A stretch of DNA of 64,000 nt from Bdellovibrionota bacterium (GCA_044345405.1 JBIJBE010000001.1:64001-128000); one strand, 5' to 3'; numbered from the stretch's first letter, positions 46,578-56,333 are shown. Numbers and translations: made by a program. Notes: generated by a model from the letters alone, not told the origin.

Positions 46578-47666
46578 TTACCGGGGAGCCTCTGTTCCAA
46601 GATTTAGCACGAACGCCACGATACCCAACACGATGTTCGCTGACCAGGCCGCGAGGAACGGTGGAAGGAGCTCCGCTCGTCCCATCGAGATGCTAAATGA
46701 GTCGACCGCGTAGTAGAGGAACGCTATCGAGATCGCGGCGATCGAGGTGAGCGCCATGCTCCCGGATCGGGCCGGTAAGAGGGTGAACGGGAGGACGAGC
46801 ATTCCGGTTATGAAGATGATGAGAGGGGCCGCAATCTTACTGTAGAGGTCCGGCATGTACTGGGTCGTTGAGATCCCGTTTCGTTTGAGCTTTTTGATGA
46901 ACCGTCGAAGTTCCGAAAAGCTCATCGTGGAGGGATCGCTCTTCACGTCGTAGAAGTCGCTCGGAATCTCCTTGATGGGAAGTGGTAGTGAGCGAAGGCG
47001 CTCGACGAACATCGGATTCCTATCGAAGTGATAGGTGGTGACATCGCGCATGTTCCACCCAAGTCCCTGATCGATCCAGTGGGCGGTTCGAGCGTCCGTG
47101 CGTTTTGACACCCGCCAGTCATCGGGAATATCAAATTGAGAGAGGGAGTGGATGGTATTTGTACGTGAGTCGAAGAGATCGAAGGCGTAGAAATTGTCTC
47201 CGTGACGCCACCAGAAGTCCGATTGGCTGTATCCGCCCTTTTTGTCCTTTTGCCGAATGTCGATGTTATAGAGCTCCTTTTGTCGTCGCTCAGAGAAGGG
47301 GACAACGACCTCGCCGAGGAGGAGCGAGAAAGCCGACAGTCCGAGGCCGAACATCATCAGGGGGCGCCCGAGCCACGCCACCGTAACGCCAGCCGCCCGC
47401 ATCGCCGTTATCTCGGAGCTCTTTGACAGGAGTCCGTACGTGAAGAGGGTCGCGAAGATGAGCGCAACCGGAAGCATGAGCTGCGCCATAAGGGGCACCT
47501 TGCAGAGGAAGTACTGAACAATTAGCCACGCTGAAGCCCCTTCGCCGAGGACGTTGTCGATGCGATCGATAAAGTCGACGACGAGGAAGAGAAATACGAA
47601 GGTCGTGAGACCTATGATAAAGTTCCTAACGAGGAGGGAGAGGATGTAACGGTGAAGGATCTTCAT
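46578..47666 (-). CDS. lptG: LPS export ABC transporter permease LptG
   Basis: MKILHRYIL, SEITAMRAAG, LPPFLAAW; paired with lptF. Confidence 0.9.
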   Translation of the reverse strand: MKILHRYILSLLVRNFIIGLTTFVFLFLVVDFIDRIDNVLGEGASAWLIVQYFLCKVPLMAQLMLPVALIFATLFTYGLLSKSSEITAMRAAGVTVAWLGRPLMMFGLGLSAFSLLLGEVVVPFSERRQKELYNIDIRQKDKKGGYSQSDFWWRHGDNFYAFDLFDSRTNTIHSLSQFDIPDDWRVSKRTDARTAHWIDQGLGWNMRDVTTYHFDRNPMFVERLRSLPLPIKEIPSDFYDVKSDPSTMSFSELRRFIKKLKRNGISTTQYMPDLYSKIAAPLIIFITGMLVLPFTLLPARSGSMALTSIAAISIAFLYYAVDSFSISMGRAELLPPFLAAWSANIVLGIVAFVLNLGTEAPR

Positions 47667-48907
47667 TTCGCCTTCCTCCATCGCTTGGTGAACGTGCCCA
47701 CTCTCTCTATCGCTTTTTGAGCTCCCTCAGATACTGACTGCCACTGCTCTGTTCCTACTTTGTAGACGAGGAGCGCCGCGATCGCCGTCGTTATGATGTT
47801 GGGGGCCCACAGCGCTACGCCGACCTTAAGCGCTCCCCTATCCGCCATGGTGAGGCCGATAGAAAAAATTGAGTAGTAAAGAATAAATACGACGAGCCCC
47901 AACGTCGCGGCGAATCCCGCGCCCCAGGTCCGTTGGGTTCGAGGAGACATAATACCGAGGGCCATGCCGATGAACGCCATCACAACGGACGCGTAGGGAA
48001 GAGAGAGTCGTTGCCCATACTCGATCTTAGCGCGGCGAAACTTTTTGAGGAGCTCCTTCCGTGTGAGCGTCTGACCGTATACCTCAATAGCGTCCCCTTC
48101 GGTGGAGCGAATCTTCTGTTTGTAGTGCTGTACCGTCTCAAGGAGTTTGGGCCCCGAGAGCTCGCGGGCGACGGCTCCCTTCTTGGCATCCTCTTTGAGC
48201 TCCGATGGATTGACGCTCAAGCTGTTCGATTGAAATTCGGTGCGAGAGTAGTTCTCCCCATCGGTCTCGTGGGCGACCCCCTCACCGAGAAGGAGTGAGA
48301 GAGTTTGAGTCTCCTCATCCGCCACGATCTTTCCTCGACGAGCGACGACCACCTTGCGCTGTGTATCGTTTCGTTTGTCATCGACGATGACCTTGAGGAG
48401 ATCTCCGGTCTGGTAGTCGATCTTCTCTGCGTAGAGGGTGAGTTGTCCGATCTTGTTGAACACACCCTCCGTGAGACCTGAGGTGCTCTTTGAACGGGCG
48501 ATCTCGAAGAGCGCCGTGGAGAGGGTAGAGAAACCCCACGGCCGGAGTACGAAAGAGACGAAGAGCCCAGTGGATCCGACCACAACGGCGAAAATCCCGA
48601 TCGGGAGCATGAACTTAAGAAGGCTGATCCCGCTCGCCCGAAGAACCACCATTTCGGAGTCTCCGCACATTCGGGCAAACGCGAGCATCACTCCAAGAAG
48701 GGTAGACATCGGAAGAGCGATCTCAAGGAAGGTGGGAATGATAGCCAAGAAGACCTTAGCTATCTGACCCAACTCCACCCCGCGATTCACGATGAGCGAT
48801 GTGAGCTTCAACATCCGCACGGTCAGGAGAAGTCCCGTGAAGGTTAGGAGGCTGATTGAGAAGAAGGTGAACACCTCTTTCAGCACGTATCGGGAGATAA
48901 TTCTCAC
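47663..48907 (-). CDS. lptF: LPS export ABC transporter permease LptF
   Basis: IISRYVLKE, DSEMVVLRASGISL, EGVFN, WAPN. Confidence 0.9.
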   Translation of the reverse strand: MRIISRYVLKEVFTFFSISLLTFTGLLLTVRMLKLTSLIVNRGVELGQIAKVFLAIIPTFLEIALPMSTLLGVMLAFARMCGDSEMVVLRASGISLLKFMLPIGIFAVVVGSTGLFVSFVLRPWGFSTLSTALFEIARSKSTSGLTEGVFNKIGQLTLYAEKIDYQTGDLLKVIVDDKRNDTQRKVVVARRGKIVADEETQTLSLLLGEGVAHETDGENYSRTEFQSNSLSVNPSELKEDAKKGAVARELSGPKLLETVQHYKQKIRSTEGDAIEVYGQTLTRKELLKKFRRAKIEYGQRLSLPYASVVMAFIGMALGIMSPRTQRTWGAGFAATLGLVVFILYYSIFSIGLTMADRGALKVGVALWAPNIITTAIAALLVYKVGTEQWQSVSEGAQKAIERVGTFTKRWRKAK

Positions 48908-49021
48908 AGGCGGTTTTCTCGGATTCGCTAATCAACAGAAATCTAACCCGTTGGTTGCTGAAGGCCAAGGGGCGCAGATGGGCGACTGAGGGAAATTGCG
49001 ACCAAGCTTGACCCTTGATCA

Positions 49022-49139
49022 GGGAGGGCGGTCATTCCTGACCGCCGTGTTGCGTGAGGTGAAGGTGTTATCGAGGGATGTAACCTTTCGGCGACCAACC
49101 TGTCCCGAGCACAGTCGAGGGCGGAATGGTCGCCCTCCC
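49022..49139. repeat. Inverted REP-like pair; second copy has a 25-nt loop insertion
   Basis: GGGAGGGCGGTCATTCCTGACCGCCGTGTTGCG (+); CGGCGACCA-[49098..49122]-GGAATGGTCGCCCTCCC (-). Confidence 0.85.
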
Positions 49140-49143
49140 GAGC

Positions 49144-49171
49144 AAAAAAAGAGGAGCCTCACGGCTCCTCT
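49144..49171 (-). terminator. Intrinsic terminator of rpsU
   Basis: Minus strand AGAGGAGCC-GTGA-GGCTCCTCT followed by a T run. Confidence 0.85.
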
Positions 49172-49201
49172 CTCTTTCAATCTTACTCGTGCGAGCAAAG
49201 A

Positions 49202-49546
49202 TTACATGAGGCCTGGTCCCTTGTTGAGACGAGCCTGCTCTTTGCGCTGCTTCTTACGCGACTCTTTCTCCTTGCGCTTGCGGCGCTCGGATGGCTTCTC
49301 GTAGTACTTGCGAGCCTTGAGCTCCTTGAAGAGACCTTCCTTGATGAGCTTACGCTTGAGGATCTTCATCGCCTTCTCGATGTTGTGAGAAACAACTACT
49401 TCCATCGCCCCTGCACGAGCGCGATCATCGCCTGGAGCCGCAGCACGTGGCTCACGTGCTCGTGGAGCACCGCCTACTGTCTCAGTGCTTGTCTTTGCTG
49501 TTGTCTTCTCAGAATCAACTTCGTCGTTCATAGCTCCAACTACCAT
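49202..49546 (-). CDS. rpsU: 30S ribosomal protein bS21, with possible N-terminal extension
   Basis: NIEKAMKILKRKL..EGLFKELKARKYYEKPSERRKRK; core starts at Met 49405. Confidence 0.9.
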   Translation of the reverse strand: MVVGAMNDEVDSEKTTAKTSTETVGGAPRAREPRAAAPGDDRARAGAMEVVVSHNIEKAMKILKRKLIKEGLFKELKARKYYEKPSERRKRKEKESRKKQRKEQARLNKGPGLM

Positions 49547-49764
49547 TTCAAATCCATGCTTACATTACGTTCCCTTCTGGGAACCACTACACACGTGTCA
49601 TCCGTGTGATTTAAGGATGTGGTTTTCTATCAAAAAACAGGGGGATAAGTAAAGAGATGGGGATTTTGGGGGCAGGGGGGAAAGATGTACCCAACTCGCG
49701 GAGTGCAGCTTCTCGAGCGTTGGGATGATATTATGATTAGAATCAGTTGGTTAGATGTTATTTG

Positions 49765-49931
49765 CGGCGACCGGGGACGGTCGCCCTCCCGAGTGCGCCT
49801 CTCGATCTGGTAGGGCGGTCGTTCCCCCCTTTCGCTAAAGCTACGGGGGCCAAGCCTGACTGCCGTGTTACATAGGGCAAATGTCCTTTGCCATCCGGGG
49901 TGGTTCGGCGAGCAGGAATGCTCGCCCTCCC
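49765..49931. repeat. Cluster of three REP-like copies; middle copy has a 31-nt loop insertion
   Basis: 49765-49790 (-), 49810-49876 (+, insert 49824..49854), 49906-49931 (-). Confidence 0.85.
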
Positions 49932-49954
49932 GTCGTGCCAATCGTAACGGGGGA

Positions 49955-50869
49955 TTACCCCAACTCAATCACCGTAATCTCCGGCGGACAGTTAACCCGT
50001 ATCGGCAGCCCGACGACCCCAAGACCCCGCGAGGTGTACACATACCCCGTATCGATATCGGTGAGTCCCGACATGAAGCGGGGATCCTGAACGGGGATGA
50101 CCACCCCCATCAGTCCCGGTACACGAACCTGTCCACCGTGTGTGTGTCCACACAGCGCGAGGTCGAAAGCGTTTTTCTCCTCTTCAAGGAGCATCGCTAC
50201 GTAATCCGGGTTGTGACTGAGAAGTATGCGGGTCGACACGGTCGAGCGAGGGGGAGGTTTGATCGGGAAGCCGGTGAGAAAATCATCGACACCGAGAAGC
50301 TCGATCGACGCATCGCCCCGCGCGATATGGTGTGACTCGTTGATCAAGATTCGTAGTGAGGGATGCGCGCGAGCGGCCATCATGAACAACTCGATCGAAT
50401 TCCAATGCTCGTGATTTCCCACGACACCTACAATTCCGTCGGGGAAGGTGTACGTAGCGATGAGGCCACACACGTCGGAGAACGCCTTGCGCGCCATCTC
50501 CTCGCGGGACATGTCCAGATAATCGGTATTTCGTATGCACCCAGTTGTGTCCCACAACGGGTTGTCGCTCACAAAGATGTAGTCGCCACCAAGAAGGAGG
50601 ATATCGACCTTTTCACGCTGGAGCGTTTCTATCGCGTCGGTAATCCACGACTGCGGAACCCAGAGTCCTAGGTGAAGGTCCGTAAGGTAGCCGATACGGT
50701 ACCCTTTGAAGGCACGAGGAAGGTTCGGAACGGAAAGCTTGAGCCTCTCCAGTACGGGTGTGCCAGTGTAGCCATCGGAGCGCATGTCGCGTGTAACCGC
50801 GGCGACGGCGATACCTGTTCCCGCGAGTGTGGCTGATTGAAGGAGTGCGCGACGAGAGAGCATGAACAC
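49955..50869 (-). CDS. Metallophosphoesterase (YkuE-like) with Tat-like signal
   Basis: SRRALL; TDLHLG, GGDY, GNHE, LLSHNPD, GHTHGGQ, SRGLG. Confidence 0.92.
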   Translation of the reverse strand: MFMLSRRALLQSATLAGTGIAVAAVTRDMRSDGYTGTPVLERLKLSVPNLPRAFKGYRIGYLTDLHLGLWVPQSWITDAIETLQREKVDILLLGGDYIFVSDNPLWDTTGCIRNTDYLDMSREEMARKAFSDVCGLIATYTFPDGIVGVVGNHEHWNSIELFMMAARAHPSLRILINESHHIARGDASIELLGVDDFLTGFPIKPPPRSTVSTRILLSHNPDYVAMLLEEEKNAFDLALCGHTHGGQVRVPGLMGVVIPVQDPRFMSGLTDIDTGYVYTSRGLGVVGLPIRVNCPPEITVIELG

Positions 50870-50902
50870 TTATACGCCGGAACGGAGCGTCAGGGGAGGG
50901 GC

Positions 50903-51454
50903 TTACTCGGTTAACCCTTTGCGGCGTGACCATGCTTGGCGCGCGCGATGGGATCTGACCGCCATCGCCCATCCTCCTGAGCGAATCCACGCGTTCATCG
51001 CGGAGATGTCGGGGTGTCTGGCTTCAAGGGAACGAAACTCAGCGCCATGCCATTGGCGCTTTCCACTTTGAAGGTGAACCCCCTCGCCAATAACGGCGTG
51101 ACAAAGCTCATGGTAGAGCACGGGTGCTATCCATCGACACGCGGTTGGCTCAAAGAGCTCCTTCGCCACTACGACCCTTCGGCGCCTGATATTGCAGGAA
51201 GCGAGAACCCGCTTCTGCGCGCGGCTACTCCACGCGACGACGTAGGAATCGAGCTCGGGACGATCGGGATAGTACTCCGCTCTCAGGTTCGTCCATAGGT
51301 TGTGGAGAAACTCGTCGCTCTTTCCCTGGGCAGAGCCCCTCGTTACTCGTGCTTGACGACGACGCGGGGAACGAACGGCACGTTGTGTTGTCCTCGAAAA
51401 GAGAAGCTCGATCTGTCGTATGAGCGTTCGGGCTGTGCGGTTAGATATCGTCAT
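50903..51454 (-). CDS. SprT-like zinc metalloprotease domain protein
   Basis: VLYHELCHA..WHGAEF; start uncertain. Confidence 0.75.
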   Translation of the reverse strand: MTISNRTARTLIRQIELLFSRTTQRAVRSPRRRQARVTRGSAQGKSDEFLHNLWTNLRAEYYPDRPELDSYVVAWSSRAQKRVLASCNIRRRRVVVAKELFEPTACRWIAPVLYHELCHAVIGEGVHLQSGKRQWHGAEFRSLEARHPDISAMNAWIRSGGWAMAVRSHRARQAWSRRKGLTE

Positions 51455-52022
51455 CTTTGAGGTCGATAAAAAAGATGCCAGCGAGGAAATCAGCGAACTC
51501 ATCGACGCATACCCCGCCGTACGCGCCGGCTACAAGAAGGTCGGCTCCGAGGCCAATCTCTCCCGGGCACACATTTCGGTCCGAAGAGTTTACATACGCC
51601 GGGCCAACGCCGAACTCGTTGCTCGATTCTATAAGGAACGGCATCTGTCTTCCGAAGTCTCCAACGCGCAGAGACGCTGGTGCCATCTGACGATAGCCAA
51701 TCTCACCGTACTTGGTGACTCGAACCACCGCCCCGAACGATGGCCCTACACCCACGTCGACTCGAAACACATCGATAAGGTCCAGCACGCGGTTCGGAAG
51801 CCATAACAGTATCTGCGACCAGATCGGACTTCCCTCGCCTTTCTCGATCGGTTCGAGTTTCGACCATCCCTCTTTGGGGCTGGTGGGGACGAGGTCATTG
51901 TAATTTCCGTCGGTGTATCGATCTTGGGCGACCGAGGGCTGCGCAGAGCACAGGACTACGGCACTGAGAAGAAAGGAGTGGAATATGTGTCGCATGCGAA
52001 CCTGTATACCACCCGAGGGCAT
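51441..52022 (-). CDS. Secreted hypothetical protein
   Basis: Signal peptide MRHIFHSFLL..AQ; WLPNRVLDLIDVFRVDVGVG; probable start a few codons inside the ORF. Confidence 0.7.
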   Translation of the reverse strand: MPSGGIQVRMRHIFHSFLLSAVVLCSAQPSVAQDRYTDGNYNDLVPTSPKEGWSKLEPIEKGEGSPIWSQILLWLPNRVLDLIDVFRVDVGVGPSFGAVVRVTKYGEIGYRQMAPASLRVGDFGRQMPFLIESSNEFGVGPAYVNSSDRNVCPGEIGLGADLLVAGAYGGVCVDEFADFLAGIFFIDLKDDDI

Positions 52023-52055
52023 CGGGGTGAACTGGGAATATTGGCTGGGACCCGG

Positions 52056-53345
52056 CTAGGCCACCAGCACTCCAATGAGCTCCGCGTGATAGGTCTGCGG
52101 GAACATATCGAGCATCTTCACGCTTTCGAGTTTGTAACCCCGTTCAACCAACACCTGCACATCGCGGGCAAACGTCGGAGGATAGCAGCTTACGTAGACC
52201 AGCTTCGTTGATACCGATGGCGAGAGACGCTGACAAACCTCAAGAGCACCGCTTCGAGGGGGATCGAGTACGACGGTTGCGTCAGGAGTGTGCGCGTCGA
52301 TCCACTTCTCACACCCTTGGTGGTGGAAGGTGAGCGCGGCTCCGAGATCGGCGGCGGCGGATCGTGTTTGTCCGAACTCAACGAGGTGCCGATCGAGCTC
52401 CACCGCGGTGACGATGTGACCAGCTTGCGCGAGCGGAATGGAGATATTCCCGGCGCCGGCGTACAGGTCGGTCACCCGCTCAGTAGTGACGTGCTGTTTG
52501 ATGTAGTCGATCATGAGGTCGTTCGCGGCGCGATTGTTCTGCGAGAAGTGCCCAACAGGTGGGGCATCGAGCGACCGCCCTTCAGCTTTGAAGATCGGTT
52601 TATGACGATAGTTTACCTGAACGTTCGGTACCCGTTTGAGGAGCTCTTGAAACGCCACTTTGGGCGCGAGGGTCGTCATCGCTTTGTCGTTTCGTGGGTG
52701 AACCTCAAGAGCGATGAAGATCCCTTCATCGTGATCCTCAATCGTCACCGTCTCACACTCAGGGGCGCAATGACGGAAGAGTTCGAGGTTCTCCTTGAGG
52801 CAGTTGTTGATCGCTTCCGTTGAGATCGGACAGTGATCGATCTCAACGATTGAGCGGGCGTGCTTTCGATAGAGACCGAACTCGCCCTTCTTATTGATGT
52901 GGAACGACATGCGACGTCGATAGGTGAGTCCGGGGAGGTCATCACCAAGCACCTGAACATCTCCAGGAACCTCGATGCCTCCGTGAACACGAAGAAGATC
53001 GGCGACCATCTGCGACTTGAGGCTCCGTTGCTTCGGGAGGTTGATGTGCTGGAGGTCGCATCCACCGCACTGACCAAAGGCGGGGCAGGGGGGCGTTATA
53101 CGCTCGGACGAGGGGTTCGCGACGGAGATAAGCGCCCCGTTGACGAAGCTTTTTTTGTTGAGGGTGATGTTCGCGATAACGTTCTCGCCAGGAGCGGTAT
53201 AGGGGATAAACGCCTTCTTGCCCGCGTGCTTCTCTGGAGCTGTGATAGTACCCACGAAGCTCCCTCCTGAAGCGAGGCTTGAGATGGAAACGGCGATCTC
53301 TTCGGGGGCTTTGGTGTCTGAATTCATAGGGGCAGAGGGTACCAT
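52056..53345 (-). CDS. rlmD: 23S rRNA m5U methyltransferase (RlmD/TrmA family)
   Basis: TRAM domain, CPAFGQCGGCDLQH, DLYAGAG, LDPPRSG, YVSC, DMFPQTYHAE. Confidence 0.9.
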   Translation of the reverse strand: MVPSAPMNSDTKAPEEIAVSISSLASGGSFVGTITAPEKHAGKKAFIPYTAPGENVIANITLNKKSFVNGALISVANPSSERITPPCPAFGQCGGCDLQHINLPKQRSLKSQMVADLLRVHGGIEVPGDVQVLGDDLPGLTYRRRMSFHINKKGEFGLYRKHARSIVEIDHCPISTEAINNCLKENLELFRHCAPECETVTIEDHDEGIFIALEVHPRNDKAMTTLAPKVAFQELLKRVPNVQVNYRHKPIFKAEGRSLDAPPVGHFSQNNRAANDLMIDYIKQHVTTERVTDLYAGAGNISIPLAQAGHIVTAVELDRHLVEFGQTRSAAADLGAALTFHHQGCEKWIDAHTPDATVVLDPPRSGALEVCQRLSPSVSTKLVYVSCYPPTFARDVQVLVERGYKLESVKMLDMFPQTYHAELIGVLVA

Positions 53346-53444
53346 TCCTCAGGATTGGAGGCAAAATTGGCGCCATGCCTCTATGCTGAGTGCGATTTCA
53401 CGCAGATACCACCGTGAGAGCTCACGGATGGACGCAGAGCTCGA

Positions 53445-56333
53445 TTAGTTTACCGCGCGCTTCTGAAAGATTCTGAGATCGTTTCCGTATGCCCCTAGGA
53501 ATCCGTCCGCGAAGAACTTAGGCATGATAACACCATTTAACGGAGCTCCCTTCTCGTCGAAGAAGAATTCGGTCGACCCCGTTGTTGGATCGAAGAGTCG
53601 TTCCCCTGAACTTGAATACACCTTCGGTGTCCAGTTGCGATCAGAGGACCAGATGTAGATGTTGCCTCGATCGTCCGCCGACATTCCCATGTTGAACATG
53701 AGTGCGCCAACTATCTTGCCTGTGGTTCCCGTGATGATATTTCGATAATAGGTTCCGACCGTCGTCCCGACGTAGAGGGTGTCTCCGATCCAAACGAGAC
53801 CGGTGACGGCTTGGTCCTTAACCACCCAGGTCGTGGTTTCAACCTTCTCTCCTTTGGTGATGAAGATCCTTCCGTCGGCGCACAGCGTGGCGACTCTATC
53901 TCCTTGCTGGTCGAAGTCGGTCACTGGACAGCCGAAGTCGTGCAGTTGCTTCTCCGTTGTTCCAACTAAGGAGAAAATTTTAGCTCCTGAACGCAACATG
54001 AGGAGGGGAGTTCCCGCACGACCTAGTTTGACGAAATCTCCAATTTGAAAGTCCAAGATCTGCTTCGTCGTGTTCGAGGCGCGGTCGAAGGAAAATATCC
54101 CCTTCATAAAGGAAAGAATCGTCTCGTTGCCGTTCCGGGCACTAATTGAGCGTAGGGGATCGAGGTCTCGTTGAGGAAAGGACTCCCTCGCCTCATAGAC
54201 AAACGAGGCGGGCTTACCTGAATCACCCAGGTTTTGATTTGCCCACGCGTTAGCGTCTGGGGGCGAGAATCCCCACAGCAGCTCTCGGATAGGGCTTGCG
54301 GCTCCGTCTTTCGTTTTGGCGAACAGTTTCAGCTCCGCCGCCTTGTGTTGCGCGACGATCCGAACCGGGTGGAGTCCAGCGCCGAGAAAGGCGAAATGCC
54401 TCTTGGCGCTCTGATCAGAGCATGACATCACCTCGATAGTTCTATCGTCGACGATCAGCTGTGGCCTTACGTTGTCCTCAGAGCAGAAGGAATGCACCAC
54501 ATCCTGAGCTACGCCGAGAAAGCCTCGGGATTCGATCTCATTACCCACCGGGGTCGCAGGAGCCTCTTTAAGGCTAAAAACATCTGAGACCGGTATGCTG
54601 ACTCGAAGTGCCCGCGGGGCAAGATTCTCGGGATGTTGATCGTGTGGAGGAGGTACAGGAAGGGAGTGTACAACGAGGTTGGGGTAGAGCTTTCTGAGGG
54701 TGGTATCGATAAGGCGTTGAGAGCCCTCGGAAGGGATGAGGTAGAGCTCCGCACCTTGGGTGCCCTGAACGGCGCTGGGTTCGAACCAAGGCACGTCGGG
54801 ATTAAATACATGCAGTTTTCTGACGAACGCGTACTCGGGGAAGCCTTGGTCACACAACGTCCACAAACTCTCTCCGAATTCCCGTCTTGGTATCCACACG
54901 GAGTGAGTAGAGGTCAGCGCCCGCATCTCGTCCCGCAAATGTGTCGCTGGATTCGCGTAGGGGCTGAAGAAGGTGTAGGTCGGTCGAACTAGCGACACCA
55001 TATAGTTGGTAACCGCCTGCTCACCGAGGAGAGCGATAGGGGCAAGGCCGAGAAAGAGCGCTCTACCCCCTCCAAAGGCGGCTATCAGCGTCTGACCACT
55101 TCTCACGAGACCTTGTCCCGCGAGGCAGTACACGCTGAAGAGGAGACCCGTCATGTACATGTCATGCGCCCAGGTAACCATGATCCCAACGAAGAATAAG
55201 GTGAAGTTGATAACCAGCAACGCGGATGGGATCGACGACCTAAATCGTCGCACCGCCCCGAAGAGGCCAACCAGAAACAGAAACGCGACGGGTGCGGTCA
55301 CGAAGGAGGTTCCGTATTTGCTTGTTGAAGAGGAGAGGGCCCAGAGCAAAAACTCAAGGTTACGGACCACCTTGTGGAGAAAGACGTTGTCTCCGTAATC
55401 GAGTTTCGACTTTATATATCCGGAGGCGCCGAGCTCCGGTATCAATACGTACAGAACCGGTAAGGCCAGGCACGTGGCGAGAAAGGATGCCGTGAAGAGG
55501 GGGCCAAGGTATCGCCGAGCTTGGTCTCGGTGAAACGCCACAAGGTAGACGAGGAATACCGCCCAGGTGCCGCCCAAGACGTAACATCCCCAGTATGCGT
55601 GGAGGCCAAGAATGAATCCGATCGCGGCCACGACCGCTCCGAGGTAGCGATGTGAGCGCTTGATCCCCGTTGCCGCGACGATGAGTCCAAAAAGGGTGAT
55701 ACTTTCACAAAACGGGAGGAGGAACTTTTGCATCAGAAATCGCGAGATCCAGATGTGCCATGGCGATGTGGCCATAAGCCCGATACCGATCCATGCCGCT
55801 TTCGAGCCAACGGCGCTCAGTGCGCGAATCGCGAAGAAAGACGTGATAAGTGTGAGGAAGCTCACAACGGCTGTGGCGGCCCGGAAGCCCCACTCCCAAT
55901 CTGAAGAGAGGAGCATGCCGAGCGCACCTATGTACGCATACAACGTATGCATGTACCCGACATACGGTGTATACCAGAATCCCTCGGTGAGAAATCGTGC
56001 TGAGAGGCTTGTGAAGAGTGGCGTTTCCGCCATATCCGCGCCACTCGGAACGGTATCGAGGTAGCTGAAGCGGTAGGCGAGCCCAAGAGCAAACGCAAGC
56101 ACCAAGCCAATTGTAGAGAGCGAGGAGCGGCGCTCTCCCTCAAGGGGAGAGGAAGCGGACCACGGCCCCCCGAGCAGTATCGCCACCGCGAGAGGGATCG
56201 CTACCATCCATAAAGGCTGCTCTGAGAGTTTGGGAAGGATCCAGATGCTAGCGCCGATACCGCCACATAATAGCAGTCCGAGGAGTTTCTTAACCATAGT
56301 AGTACCTGTCAGAGGAGAACCTCTCTTCCCCAA
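53445..56333 (-). CDS. GT-C (ArnT/PMT-like) membrane glycosyltransferase with large extracytoplasmic C-terminal domains
   Basis: Polytopic N-half (YRFSYLDTVPSG..E, SPWHIWISR); PA14-like LIVDD..LGAGLHPVRI; beta-propeller-like tail. Confidence 0.7.
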   Translation of the reverse strand: MGKRGSPLTGTTMVKKLLGLLLCGGIGASIWILPKLSEQPLWMVAIPLAVAILLGGPWSASSPLEGERRSSLSTIGLVLAFALGLAYRFSYLDTVPSGADMAETPLFTSLSARFLTEGFWYTPYVGYMHTLYAYIGALGMLLSSDWEWGFRAATAVVSFLTLITSFFAIRALSAVGSKAAWIGIGLMATSPWHIWISRFLMQKFLLPFCESITLFGLIVAATGIKRSHRYLGAVVAAIGFILGLHAYWGCYVLGGTWAVFLVYLVAFHRDQARRYLGPLFTASFLATCLALPVLYVLIPELGASGYIKSKLDYGDNVFLHKVVRNLEFLLWALSSSTSKYGTSFVTAPVAFLFLVGLFGAVRRFRSSIPSALLVINFTLFFVGIMVTWAHDMYMTGLLFSVYCLAGQGLVRSGQTLIAAFGGGRALFLGLAPIALLGEQAVTNYMVSLVRPTYTFFSPYANPATHLRDEMRALTSTHSVWIPRREFGESLWTLCDQGFPEYAFVRKLHVFNPDVPWFEPSAVQGTQGAELYLIPSEGSQRLIDTTLRKLYPNLVVHSLPVPPPHDQHPENLAPRALRVSIPVSDVFSLKEAPATPVGNEIESRGFLGVAQDVVHSFCSEDNVRPQLIVDDRTIEVMSCSDQSAKRHFAFLGAGLHPVRIVAQHKAAELKLFAKTKDGAASPIRELLWGFSPPDANAWANQNLGDSGKPASFVYEARESFPQRDLDPLRSISARNGNETILSFMKGIFSFDRASNTTKQILDFQIGDFVKLGRAGTPLLMLRSGAKIFSLVGTTEKQLHDFGCPVTDFDQQGDRVATLCADGRIFITKGEKVETTTWVVKDQAVTGLVWIGDTLYVGTTVGTYYRNIITGTTGKIVGALMFNMGMSADDRGNIYIWSSDRNWTPKVYSSSGERLFDPTTGSTEFFFDEKGAPLNGVIMPKFFADGFLGAYGNDLRIFQKRAVN

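Noticed and set aside
49741-49753. AATCAGTTGGTTA and similar intergenic words
   Set aside because: Close to the generic IHF consensus WATCAAN4TTR; too short and common to call specifically.
30340-49931. Dispersed repeats as a CRISPR array
   Set aside because: Copies are scattered, in inverted pairs, with no regular spacers and no cas genes; this fits REP elements.
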